Assembly (NCBI RefSeq): GCF_009914755.1 | Contig: NC_060932.1 | DNA from: the human T2T-CHM13v2.0 reference genome, Homo sapiens | DNA length: 64,000 nt | Direction: 5' to 3' (one strand) | Shown: in pieces, positions 47,237 to 62,995 of the stretch | Layout of the letters: each line of letters starts with the position of its first letter | Numbering within the stretch: position 1 is the stretch's first letter | Position numbers and translations under genes: made by a program | Notes under the pieces: generated by a model | What the model saw: only the letters and a program-made list of their open reading frames with translations | Database searches by the model: none | Told to the model about the DNA's origin: nothing

Positions 47237-47260
47237 CACACACACACACACACACACACA
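47237..47260. repeat. (CA)12 microsatellite
   Basis: read directly. Confidence 0.95.
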
Positions 47261-47420
47261 CGAAAAAATAAATTTGGTAGTTAACATTTCTTTTTATTTT
47301 CTTTAAATTTTTAATTATAAGTACATATCCCTAAGCAAAGCTATTGTTATTTTGCATGTTTTAAAATTTATATAAATAGCATACTACAGGTATAGTATAA
47401 GAAAATCTAAATACCTTTAC

Positions 47421-47519
47421 CTCTAGTGACAAATCTCTTGACTGCTGGTTTCTCAGTTTTTCCATTTCTCTGCGGAATTTTGATTCTTTTACCTCAAAAC
47501 CACCCAATTCAGTTAGGAT
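47421..47519 (-). CDS. UBR5: UBR5 exon 47
   Basis: ILTELGGFEVKESKFRREMEKLRNQQSRDLSLE; 99 nt. Confidence 0.95.
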
Positions 47520-47607
47520 CTTAAAAAAAAAAAAATGCATGACAGATTATTCCCTGAAATACATGCTTATCAGGCAGAATGGAATTTAAGGTGCACAAAA
47601 TACATAC

Positions 47608-47728
47608 TGATCCAGGTTCTGCTCCAACATCTTCCATGAATACCCTGCCGAACAGTTCTAAAGAAAGGCGCCAACGTCCTAGCAGCATATCATGGGAAAT
47701 AACCATTCCCATAAAGCTACACTGTGGC
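47608..47728 (-). CDS. UBR5: UBR5 exon 46
   Basis: [40 protein letters not shown]; followed by an 88-nt intron. Confidence 0.96.
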
Positions 47729-48871
47729 CTGTAAGAAGTTTAAGGGAAGGGGTGGGGGGGAGAAATAATTTAGCCAATTTCAAAGACTGATTGGTTTTTG
47801 TTCAATGGTAGTAACTTACTTTTTTTAAAAAATATTCTGAGGTCTTAACTTCTTCAAACTGTGTCCTAACAGAGAACTTTTCCATAGCTACTTGTTCCCG
47901 ACAACTTATTATTTTTCCTCCCTTATTCCTTCTGTATTCTACATACGGATAAATCCCTGGGCTATGTCTTATCTTCGTCTTTCATTTTACCTCCTCTCCT
48001 TAAAGTCCAATGTCTATCTCCATTTAGGTGACTCCCAGATCCACCTCTAGTTCAAACTTTCACCATGAACCAGAATCTCCATTTGTTAAATAAATATGTC
48101 CACGTCAACGATGCTCAATTCAAACTCAGCATGGTTAAAACTTAATATGGCTTCTTCACCACAATGACAGTTCTCCTGATTTTTTTTCAGTAGTAACATC
48201 TCTTTCCCTAATGCCCTGACTTAGACCAGATTTTAATTTTTCTTCCTCCTCTTCCTTCAAAGTGATCAAGTCCATCTTAAGTTTCTCTTCCTTTCCATGA
48301 TGTCCTTTCTAAAGCCAACATTCTGCCTCAGCATCTTTCCCCCAACTAACTGAAACTATTAGTAATAACAAACAGCTTTTTAGCTGGCCTCCCTACCTCT
48401 AATTCTCTCCAGTCTGTTTCTGCACATTCTAACCATCTCAATTCAATCCATATTGCTTCTAGGAAGCTTGGGCCACTCAAGTCCACAATTCTCCCCTGTC
48501 TTACATCGTTATTAGACAACGTATATACAGTGTATCTTATTTTCAAACTAGCTTTTTAACTCCCATCTAAGCAAAAAAATTATTATGCCATGTAACCAAA
48601 AAACAGAGTCAACAAATCATACTGAGCCACAGTATATACTAACAAATATTTGTTAGATAAACAAAGAACCTACCTCTTGTAAGAGAATTACAAACTTGGA
48701 AAAGGAGCACAGATAAGTGTGAATCACAAATCTAGAAAGTTCTACTCTTTCTAGTTATTCAGTTTCCCCTTAGCTGAGCTGCTAATAGCAAGTCTATAAA
48801 TGGTAACTAGACATGGATATATATTTTTAACGCTGTACTGAACAATAAAAACAAAGGGTCTTAGCAAATAC

Positions 48872-49092
48872 CTGAAAGATGTGAGAGGTGGCCCTTCACT
48901 TTCAGTAAGTCCTATTTCTGCTAGTAAGCTACTTTTTAATTGTGCAGCAAGATCATGAGCAGATGGCCCTGGTTTTGAACTCTCAGTTTCTTCTGGCAGC
49001 ACGGGCTGTTCTTCCCCTTCTTTTTTTTGCCGGTTTTGCATGTTCATTACATTTTTCAGATTGGCAGCATAAGACATTTTTGTTGGAAGAAC
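48872..49092 (-). CDS. UBR5: UBR5 exon 45 (contains coding A8)
   Basis: VLPTKMSYAANLKNVMNMQNRQKKEGEEQ...GPPLTSF(R); 221 nt. Confidence 0.97.
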
Positions 49093-49165
49093 CTATGAAT
49101 ATTTACATTTAAAAGTTACAAATGAAGGGAAAAAAACTAATTAGATTTTGTCCTCAACTTAGTAA

Positions 49166-49579
<414 letters not shown>

Positions 49580-49605
49580 TTACCCACCCCCCTCCTTTAA
49601 ATTCA

Positions 49606-49929
<324 letters not shown>

Positions 49930-50725
49930 TCACTTCTTGCCTTGGAACTTCAGAGAACTTTTAAAGAAATCTTTATAATACTGGTGGTACTTAAGTCTCA
50001 TATATTTTTAATATTTTCAGTACTGCATTCTCCTTTTTATCACTGAGATAATAAAAAATATTCTATTCAACTACATGTCTTCTAAACCTGCTTTTTAATG
50101 TTTTACTACTTTTTCAGTGGACAAACAGAAGAGTATAATTTTAGGCTCCCAAATCGGATCTATATATGAAAACTAGATCTACCACTTAACTAGTTGTGTG
50201 ACACAGACATTCCCACGTGAAATTTACTTACTCTCTTCAAGACTCTATTTCTCACCCAAAAAATCAGGGTGATAATGCATTCTACCAAACATAGTTATAA
50301 AGATGGAGACCAATGCCCAGGAAACAGAATTAGTCAACAAATATTAGGTATCATTATTAATGCTATTTATCTACAGTCTTGATTAAAATTAGTTCAGCAA
50401 GTAAAAGTTGTAGCCAAAATTACACATGCTCATCTATATATTTTTATTATACATGAAAAATTCAAATTTTCAGCCACATACAGCAGTCAGCTCTGTGAAA
50501 CAGACAAAGCACATATGGAGGCTGGTATTTTATGGATGAAGTGATCTGACAGCAAGTTAATGACAGTGTTGGAATTCTTCCTACATTATACCACAAGGCA
50601 GGAATTTCTGACACTTCATTTCAGAAAATATAATATTCTGAATTAACGCATTTCTAAAAATCTATATGCTGGGACAAGTTGTCCTTAATAAATGTTATAT
50701 TGCAAAAAAACTTTTACTGTCTTAC

Positions 50726-50839
50726 CTCTAGGCAGTTTCTATCCACTGTAACCTCCATTAAACATTTCCCACTACTGGCAGATGAAGAATAAAGACCCTG
50801 ACTTGGACGGCCAAAAAGATCCTCCTTTCTAGCATTTGG
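50726..50839 (-). CDS. UBR5: UBR5 exon 44
   Basis: PNARKEDLFGRPSQGLYSSSASSGKCLMEVTVDRNCLE; 114 nt. Confidence 0.95.
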
Positions 50840-50935
50840 CTGGAATTTTAACAGAAATATTCTAGTTACATTGAATACTTTAAAGAAAATAAACCCAATT
50901 AGAAAGAAACCTTAAGACTAACTTGTTTAATTCAC

Positions 50936-51108
50936 CTGCAACAGATGTGGCTGATCAGCCAAGGGGATGGCTTCAGCCAGAGGCACTTCAAATGGATTTG
51001 GGGGTATACACCCAAGGAATGTCATGGAGTCTGAACGTCGGAAAAATGGATGGTTTTGGCCAGTTTCTGCAGGAAGAGAGTCATCATCCTTATCATTCAA
51101 AGTAGCAC
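50936..51108 (-). CDS. UBR5: UBR5 exon 43
   Basis: [57 protein letters not shown]; followed by a 96-nt intron. Confidence 0.96.
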
Positions 51109-52293
51109 CTAAACATAAAAAGATAAAATGTTTTGTTTTTTAGGAAAATTATTTAATTACTGGATTAGGGTAACAGACCTTTAACCTGCTCAATCCAAAA
51201 TTCCTACTACCTCTTTTATAAAATTTTAATGCCACACAAAAACAAGTTCATAGTCCAAAATTCTGGTATTTTTTAAAGTAAATGTAACAGTTTAATATGG
51301 TTACAATGTAAGTTTTATGTTATGTGCAAATTTTACGTTATGTGTATGTTACAATAAAAAATGCAAAATAAAAATCAGCATTTAATAATATTGTGCCATT
51401 TTGTATTGGACAAAGGTTTCCCATATCCTCCTCTTTATCTTTTGAGATACCCACCACCCAAATACAGTTAGATTCATGAGTATACTCAGGACCCAACTCA
51501 CTGACAAATCCAAACAGAGGAGATGATCAGGAACTGAAACCTGAGCATTTGCTAAGCAGAGTAATGTCTGAGCAATTTACATATCTCAATAGTAAGTCAG
51601 CACACTAGCACCAAATCTCCTTAATGGAATAAAACTTTGGCAGTACCTTGTTTGCGTATAAACGGCAGTGAGCTATGGCTGGGTTCTCAAAAAACAGCAA
51701 TTAGGCCAACTGTCTTTCCATAGGCTGAATAAAAGTACTAGTTGATAATAAGAAACTGGAGAATGCATTATTTAGTCCCATTTGAAATAACTGCAACCCA
51801 CAAATAAACTCCACTAGACCCCAAAGTGTGATATTAAAACTTTTGGAGAAAAGTCTGGAGTTGGGATATTTTCTCTTTTCATTGTATTAATTGCTAGCGT
51901 TCTGATATTTGGGAGCTGTAACTGGTAATTCTCATTTTCTTGATTAAATCTATTTTGCATCAATATTAACAACGGTTTTGCTAAGATTTTATTAAATGTA
52001 ATAAGAGTATATTAAGAGTAAAGGTAAACATAATACTAAGACAAATACAAGAAAAGATAGAAGAAAAAATATTGTTGGAAAGTTTATAACATTTCTTTAA
52101 TACATCCTTAGTTGTGAAATGTATAACGCAAGAATGTGTAAGCAAAAATGGACAGAAAATGTAAGAAATGAGACATAGAGAAGAAAAGAGAAATTCCCAC
52201 CCAGACAGAAAATAATGAAGTTAAAAAGCTTGAAGGGGAACTACTGAGGCAGCCATTTCTTGAAGTAGATTAGCAGATTTTCTGTGCACTAAC

Positions 52294-52367
52294 TTTGATT
52301 GGTGTCATCATCATTTTCATGTTCTGAATCTTCATTATCAATACCCAGTTCCAAGAGTTCTCGCGTC
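52294..52367 (-). CDS. UBR5: UBR5 exon 42
   Basis: TRELLELGIDNEDSEHENDDDTNQ; 74 nt, phases fit. Confidence 0.95.
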
Positions 52368-52622
52368 CTTTAAAAAGACAAGTGAGTCATTTTACTTGAA
52401 GTATTTGTATAATATGAACAGGAGCAAAAGTCAGAGGAAATACAAGCAAAAACACACTAAAAAGGTCGCTAATGTATCTAACCAATTTCAAACATTTTCA
52501 GAATCTGGGAAATGGTAGAGTGAACAGGTTTAGGTACTATTATTACAAAATGGACTCAACAGAAGAAAAAGCAAATCACCTAAGAAATAACGAGCACCTA
52601 CACAAACTCTAACAGAAAACAT

Positions 52623-52926
52623 GGGCTGAGCATGGTAACTCATGCCTGTAATCCCAACACTTTGGGAGACTAAGGCAGGGGGATCACTTAGGCCAGGAGT
52701 TGAAGGCCAGCCTGGGGAACATCATGAGACACTGTCTCTCCAAAACATTAAGAAATTAGCCAGGCATGGTAGCACACGCCTGTAAGTCCTATATACTTAG
52801 AAGGCTAAGGCAGGAAGATTACTTGAGCCCGTGAATTCAAGGTTGCAGTGAGCTTTGATCGCACCATCACATTCCAGCCTGGGTGACAGAGTCAGACTCT
52901 GTCTCTTTAAAAAAAAAAAAAAAAAA
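52623..52926 (+). mobile_element. Alu (J-like)
   Basis: diverged dimer with A tail. Confidence 0.9.
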
Positions 52927-53188
52927 GGAAAAAATAAAGATGATAATCAGGCCAGGCCAAACTATCTCAAGCATGAAGTTTAACCAGATTCTTAGGTTTC
53001 CTATTTTAAGTGAAGAGTGGCAATGGGGAAAGGTTGGATAAATTCAAGCCCACTTTCCTATATGAAATGGTCCTGTGCTAGTTCTCTTTTGCAATGCTAT
53101 TCTCCTTACTCCAAATGTTGACAATGTACTAAAGAAGACCATACCAAGCAAGTATTTCTTAAATCAACCTCATGGCAAGAATGGATAC

Positions 53189-53419
53189 CTTTTGCGTTCT
53201 AGTTGAGGTGTATCCAATGTTGTCTGCTGATTCATTGCCTTAATCCAGTATATAAGTGCTTGAAAAACATATGCCACATGCTTCAATGAGCAAACATCCA
53301 AAACTGGAAGAACATCAGAATGCTCATCATTATGAGACCGCATTAGAGACAGAGCATAATTTAGGAAGTCTCCTCGTGCAGACATCATTCCTTGACGGGC
53401 GCTAAGCAAGGTGGCACGT
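53189..53419 (-). CDS. UBR5: UBR5 exon 41
   Basis: [76 protein letters not shown]; 231 nt. Confidence 0.97.
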
Positions 53420-53647
53420 CTATAAGAACAGAAAGGAAAATGTTTATTAGAAGAATACAAATGTGAAATTCACTATCATAAATATGCAAAATTAGGAGCT
53501 GAGAATATTCATAAATACAAAGTAGTTAAGCCTGCTGCTCAGCTTTAGAAATATAACCACTGTGCATGATTTACAGCCTTATACTTTGTATAGAAAAGGA
53601 ATTCCAGTATCCTTTGGAATGGCAAAATGAATTCTTTCCCTGAAGAC

Positions 53648-55430
<1,783 letters not shown>

Positions 55431-56544
55431 AGAGAGAAGGGAGAGAGAACACTGCCACCAATCAAGATCCGCTATCAGAATTCTGTGTTCTCTGGGGTAA
55501 CAACTACAGCCTAACAAAGATAAGGCTTTCGTCTTTGTGAAGCAGCGTTCCTAGGACAGGAAAGCTGCTACCTCTCAAATCACTATCTTCAGTACAGCTA
55601 TCTTTGCCAAGCATTCAATTCTGCACATTTGACATTTCTACCATTTTTTTTCCCCCAGTTCTCACATGTTCAAAAGCAAGTTTGTCCATTATACTACTCT
55701 TAGGTTTTTCTCTTTAATTTTCCTATTAGTTACTCAGGATCAAGGTTTAAATATAAATGATGCCCCTGCTACTTAATCCCTCAACAAGGCCCTAAATTCT
55801 GTTTTTTATTTCAATGCTTCTCTCCCCTCCTTTTGGTCTTCACTGCCCTACTTTAGTAACTATTACCTCTACTGTAGATGCCTATCACTGTCTTTCTAAG
55901 TAATCTCTTAGACCTTTGTCTTTCCTCACTTTATGATCTGCCCAGAGTAACAAAGTTGTTTATCCTGAGGTAGAGACAGAACCAAATCCTTGGATTTTGA
56001 CTTCAGGTATGAGGCACTTTTACTATATTACTGCTATTGCTCTGATGTTCAATATTTGAGCTGATACCTACTCCTGAAAAAGGTCACTTTATAACTGAAT
56101 AGAAAGAACATAACAAATACATAGATATATATTTTATTTTAATTCAACAGACTAGGGGAGGCAGAAAAAAAGAAATGTGATTTGAGAAAAAAAGAGCAGC
56201 ACTGGTAATCACACATACTTTCCCCCTCCTGAGTACAAAGTACATTCATAACCAATTATAGTCAAAATAACTTCCTAAGAGGAGAGGGGGAGGTCTTGGG
56301 GATAATGAGACAAAGATATAGACCAATAACTTCAAAAATAAAAAGGCTTTAGTATCAGATTCCTACGATATGAATGGATTTTTAAAAACAGCTTGGATGA
56401 TAACTAGCCTATTCTGCCTCAACAATTTAAGTAATGCAAGCAAGTCATTTCTTTCTCCCTTCACAGTAAGATGAGGTCTTACATAATAGCAACTAAAAAG
56501 CTTTAACCTTCTAGGATACAAAGATTCTATCTAAACATGCAAGT

Positions 56545-57022
<478 letters not shown>

Positions 57023-57041
57023 TATATGAAGAATTTCATAC

Positions 57042-57253
57042 CGTCTGCCTTCAAGTGTTCGTAAGCTAGCTTCTTCTCGCGCAGTCATCCTCTCTCTTCT
57101 CGCTGAATTCTGAGAAGCGTGAAGAGGATGATTTGGATGTCCAGGATCACCAGCAGATGCTAATGCAGAACCATAACGTAATTGAGCTTCAGTAGAATCC
57201 ATAATACTGACCATCCAGTTCCAAGTGGGAATAAGCTTTTCTTCTACATAGTT
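57042..57253 (-). CDS. UBR5: UBR5 exon 40
   Basis: NYVEEKLIPTWNWMVSIMDSTEAQLRYGSALASAGDPGHPNHPLH...LRTLEGR; 212 nt. Confidence 0.97.
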
Positions 57254-57427
57254 CTATGAAGACCAAACTAAAATAGTTAAAACTATCCAAATAGAGCTAA
57301 ATTCGATACAGCAGCAGTATGTCAATATGTAAACGTTTCTAACATTTAATTCCCCTAATACTGGAATTCTCATAATTGACAGCCAAAAAAAAATAGTGGA
57401 ATGGGAAACTTTTCAGTGGTTTCATAC

Positions 57428-57696
57428 CTGTAAGTTTACTGCATCTTGGTAAGTCAATTTCACAGCTGCTGGAATCTGAGAGTATACTAGGTGATTATAC
57501 TTAGGAATAAGGCCCATCAAGTCCGAGATTTGTCTAATGACAATGCTGTAAGCCCTGGCTAAACTGCTTGCAGATGTTAGGTAACTGCTGGCGTTGCTAG
57601 CTTCCAAAGCAGCTGCTGCAGCTGCAGCACTTGTACTGATGGTACCACTCCGGCGTAAGTTTGAAGGATCAATATAAATCAAACCCGCTGAACTTG
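57428..57696 (-). CDS. UBR5: UBR5 exon 39
   Basis: SSAGLIYIDPSNLRRSGTISTSAAAAAAALEAS...YQDAVNLQ; 269 nt. Confidence 0.97.
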
Positions 57697-57869
57697 CTAT
57701 AAGGAAAAAGGACAACCACAATGAGCTAATGTCAGTTGCTAATTGTGTTTCTCTGGGATTATATATACTTACGTAAATCTAAATGGTCAATTGTGGTACC
57801 CAAGCAAAAAACTTTGCCTAAACCACACTATTTTGGGGAGAGGAGTATGGAGGGGACAAGAATTAATAT

Positions 57870-58128
57870 AAAGTTCTCAACCAGGGGAAATCTGACCCCC
57901 ACGCCACCTCCCCCCGCCAAAGGGGCTACACATTTGGCAGTATCTACAGACATTCTTGGTTATCACAACTGTGGGAGCCAAGGGGAGGGGAAGAAGGGTG
58001 AGAGGGGTTTCACTGGCATCTAGTGGGTGTAGGCTAGGGATGCTGCCTAACATCCCACAATGCACAAGACAGCCTCCCACAATTACCCAGTCCAAAGATG
58101 CAATAATGCAAAGACTGGGAAACCCTGC
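57870..58128. mobile_element. MER20 DNA transposon
   Basis: GTTCTCAACCAGGGG..CATTTGGCA..GGCATCTAGTGGGT..AAACCCTG. Confidence 0.85.
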
Positions 58129-58274
58129 TATAATCATATGTACATATTTTTTATATTTGAAACTCAACAAAACAATGAGGAACTATCATAAAACTAATTT
58201 TATCCCCAGATGAACATGCATAATTTAAAAAATCTATCTAAGTATTCTTAGCAATACTAAGTTTTCAGACTTGC

Positions 58275-58532
58275 CTGCTGGTGTAGATGTACTGGAAGGG
58301 GCTGTACTGGCTGCTCGCTGATGCTGGGTGTTGCGGACAGCCCACTGCATTGAACGGGGAGCTTGGGCAGCACCATTGGCATGGGAGCTATTTGTGGTTC
58401 TTTCTAATGGCTCATCAAGCATAAAGGTCTCCTGTTCTATGTCGTCACTCTGACTACTACTGCTATCAGAATCACTTGAGTCATTCGATTGAGAATCATC
58501 TTCAGAAAAGAAGGCAGGAACACTGCTTGCTC
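58275..58532 (-). CDS. UBR5: UBR5 exon 38 (GC donor)
   Basis: ASSVPAFFSEDDSQSNDSSDSDSSSSQSDD...PSSTSTPA; donor CAG|GCAAGT gives the phase 1 needed by exon 39. Confidence 0.94.
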
Positions 58533-58702
58533 CTAAAATTTTTATTTTTAAAACCAAAAACATTGTGAGTTTAATAATTAAAATTACAATGTACCCCCTC
58601 ATTCAGGAAAACATACATATTAAACAGAATGCCAGATTGTATTCAATAATCCACAAAACCTACCATAAAATAGTTTTTATTAGAAAATAACTTTCAAGCC
58701 CA

Positions 58703-59104
58703 GCTCTGTGGCTCAGGCAGGACTGCAGTGGCACCATGTCGGCTCACTGCAGCCTCTGCCTCCTGGGTTCAAGCTATTTGTATGCCTCAGCCTCCTGAAT
58801 AAGTAACTTTTAGCTGGGTGTGGTGGCACATGCCTATAATCCCAACAACTGAGGAGGCTGAGGTGGGAGGACTGCTTGAGCTCAGGAGCTCAAGACCAGC
58901 CTGGGCAACACAGTAAGATCCCAACTCTTTAAAAAAAAAAATTAGCCCGATGTGGTGGCTTGCACCTAGTAGACCCAGCTACTCAGGGGGCTGAGGTAGG
59001 AGCTCAGGAGGTCAAGGCTGCAAAGAGCTCTGACTGCACCACTGGAATATCCAGCCTGGTGACAGAATGAGACCCAATTTAAAAAAAAAAAAAAAAAAAA
59101 AAAA
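58703..59104. mobile_element. Minus-strand Alu fragment (~58703-58803) next to a plus-strand J-like Alu (~58812-59104)
   Basis: Alu consensus in both orientations. Confidence 0.85.
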
Positions 59105-59347
59105 GGCAAGAAAATAAAAATCTTTTAAAGAAACTTTAAAATTCATTCATTATTTAATGACCAGAAAAGCTGGAGAAAGAGTTATTAAAATAATACTTTC
59201 TTTTCTAATACCCAGAGAACAAGGATGAAGTTATAAAAATGCTTAGCTACCCTTGCGTATATCACACAAAGTATGACCCAATCCACGCTGAATACACACA
59301 CACAGCCTTAGCATAAGCAAGAAAGTAGTTGGGATAAGGCAACATAC

Positions 59348-59479
59348 CTGCTTCTGAACCAGCAGTTGCTGCAGTGACAACGCTTCTGCGCCCACTAGCA
59401 TTATCTTGGTTGCTGTGGTTACTTTCACTATCACTTTCTGTTTCAGCTGCTGCTAACAAGTCCAGCTCCATATCACTCC
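59348..59479 (-). CDS. UBR5: UBR5 exon 37
   Basis: SDMELDLLAAAETESDSESNHSNQDNASGRRSVVTAATAGSEA; 132 nt. Confidence 0.96.
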
Positions 59480-60069
59480 CTAAAAAATACATTTAAATAA
59501 GAAAAAAGCACAAACTCACTATGGTTTAAAACAGGGTCTGATAAGCCAGAATATCGTAAGGGTGGGAACTAAGAAGGCATAGGGGGTAGGAGTTGGGGAG
59601 AAGGGGAATGGTGTGAAAGAGAAGGGATAACTACTAAAATAAGACTAAGTAACTACTCAACCTTAGAAGAATGGCTAGGGAAATTATGGTAGTCAACAGA
59701 CTAGTACATCAGGGCAGTGCAGGGGAGGACTGAAAGTAAATATACAAGCTATTAGCATCTGGGTGTAATTATGGGTGATTTATTTTCCTTTTCTCTAATT
59801 TCCAAATGTTTCATAATGCGACTATGATTATTTTAGTTTTTAAAAGTCTTTTAAGAAACTGACTTAAAAAGAAAAAAGGGAAACTATTTTATATATGTAT
59901 TATATATAGCGCCTAAATTTTCTAAATAGATGCTACAGAAACCCTTGGCAAAAAATAAGTTTGACCATTTCACTATACATTCAAATGAGGTTTCTCTCTG
60001 TATTTAATATCTCCCTTTAAAAGTACCTGATTTACTCATACTGAGTAATTTCTCAAATAACCTGCATAC

Positions 60070-60181
60070 CGTCTTCATCATGCTCATCATGTTGTCCCTC
60101 TGCCTCAGCATTTTCTTCCCCGTGTTCTTCCTGTTCATCATGATGATCCTCTTCTCCAGCCACACCCTCCACCACCTCAAC
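60070..60181 (-). CDS. UBR5: UBR5 exon 36 (acidic)
   Basis: VEVVEGVAGEEDHHDEQEEHGEENAEAEGQHDEHDED; 112 nt. Confidence 0.96.
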
Positions 60182-60328
60182 CTAAATCCAGAATCTTATT
60201 TGTAGACAATCAAAGCTAGTTAACTAAAATGCGAAGACCACTAACTATAGAGAATTTGAAATCATATATCAAGCAGTTTTGAAAATCTTCATTTGTTAGT
60301 GACAATTTGCTATCAAAAATTATATCCT

Positions 60329-60625
<297 letters not shown>

Positions 60626-60798
60626 TTATACCCACAGATCCCAAAGTTCATTACTGAGCATATACAGAACCCTCAAGTTAGAAGTATAAAAATTATACTA
60701 GGGGCAGGGAGGAGAGAATTTACCTCATAAATATGTAGTATCCTCTTTCAAATACATTGTACAAAACTACTAAATTTTTCTAACATTACGAATATCTT

Positions 60799-61285
<487 letters not shown>

Positions 61286-61367
61286 CTACTATTAATGTAA
61301 TTTCTACTGACTACTCTTCTTTTCTCATAAAATAAAAGCTTTTTAAATCTACCACAATTAAAATCAC

Positions 61368-61491
61368 CTCTTCCACATCTGCTGAAACAATATCATCCTG
61401 TTCTTCATCTCTGCCCCGAACGGGCTGTGACTGGCTGATGCGCCTCTGCTGTGGATTCCTGATGATGTAGGATGACTGAGACTGACTGGAG
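61368..61491 (-). CDS. UBR5: UBR5 exon 35 (first UBR5 exon in the window; gene continues beyond 64000)
   Basis: SSQSQSSYIIRNPQQRRISQSQPVRGRDEEQDDIVSADVEE; tttacag acceptor, GTGATT donor. Confidence 0.96.
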
Positions 61492-62589
61492 CTGTAAAGA
61501 ATCAGAAGCTTATGAGTGGGCTCCTGCCACAGCTCAGATATGCAACACATATTTTTATTTAACTCATTTATTACATGTGAGACACTTGCTAGGATGTGAC
61601 TTTAAATCTGAGCTGAGAATTCTTAGAAACCAACAATACTTAATCTATATATCAGAAAATATAAATCTCAGAATATGTTTTTTCTTTTTAAGTCATTTCA
61701 AATCTGTGTTGATGCACATTATTTGTATGAGTCCATCCCATCGAAAAATTCTACAGGAAGATTTTTCCTCCTCCACCAGCAGTTCTATTTCTAAAAACTC
61801 TGGTAGCACCATCTGTCCATTAACAGCAAGTGTTTAATAGAAGTGATCTAACTTTTAAGAGATCTGACATGATTTCTATTTTGAATGAGCTTATTAACTA
61901 ATGACTTGCTGATGTGTGTGGGGAAAACATCAGTTCAAAAGCATGATTTTAAAGTAGTCATAACCAAAGGCAAAGTGGCAAAAGTTTCACTTCCCTAAAC
62001 ACCTGATTTGGAGACAACCAAGAAAAGACAGTTGACTGGATTATAAAACAAAAAGGGGGAACCAGAAAATACAGCTTAAAATACAGGCCAGAAATCTGAA
62101 ACTGGTGGCTAAATAACCCTGTCACCTATTATTTATAGATTATGAAACGGGGTAAAAGATGTTGAAGTCAAAAGACCTTTAAGTGATTGCACTGACAGGT
62201 TCTTTCCTATCTCAGTTGCTATGAGAAATGAGAATCAAACCAATTAGACCTGAGAGTTGACTGAAACACCATGCCTTCAAACAAACAGATAAGTAGTCTC
62301 AATATGATGTTTAACACTAGAACTATAAGTAACTGGTAAAACAGAGATCGTGGATTACAAAAGTGGGAAAGGCTAAGAGAAAATCTGTAGAGATGAAAAA
62401 GGGTATTTCCAACCACTAAAGAGATTTCAATATTAAAACATAAAAGCACTGTGTGAAGCCACAACTAATGAGTATTTCTTTTTTAAAACAAACATCCTAG
62501 AACAAACATCCACAAGAACTATAGGCCCCTCAAAGTGGTTACTTTAAGAAGTTATGCAGTTAGTATGTATAATACTGCCAAAACAGACT

Positions 62590-62712
62590 AGGTATAGTGG
62601 CTAATGCCTGTAATCCCAATGTTTTGGGAGGCTGAGGTGGGAGGATTGCTTGAGGACAGGAATTTAAGACCGACCTGGGCAACACAGCGAGACCCAAACG
62701 CTACAAAAAATT
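62590..62712 (+). mobile_element. Alu monomer (FLAM-like)
   Basis: single left-arm-like unit with short A tail. Confidence 0.8.
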
Positions 62713-62754
62713 TAAAAAGAGTAATTTAAAAATACCAATACATAAAACGTATTA

Positions 62755-62995
62755 CAGTTGAACATCCCTTACCTGAAATGCTTGGGACCAGAAGTGTTTT
62801 GATCTTGGGTTTTTTTTTTTTTTTTTAAATTTTGGAGTATCTGCATTATATATATTTATCAGTTGAGCATCCTCAATCCCAAAATCCAAAATGCTCCAAT
62901 GAGCATTTCCTCTGAGCATCATGTTGGTGCTCAGAAAGTTTCCGGTTTTGCAGCATTTCAGATTTCTCATTTTCAGATTAGGAATACTCAACCTG
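62755..62995. mobile_element. Tigger4a/Zombi-like DNA transposon
   Basis: CAGTTGAACATCCCT left end and AGGAATACTCAACCTG right end; AAATGCTTGGGACCAGAAGTG motif. Confidence 0.8.

Noticed and set aside
57606-57630. Ala7 tract in exon 39 as an expansion locus
   Set aside because: Short and encoded by mixed GCT/GCA codons
61472-61837. 121-aa + strand ORF antisense to exon 35
   Set aside because: No homology recognised and no supporting splice or promoter signals
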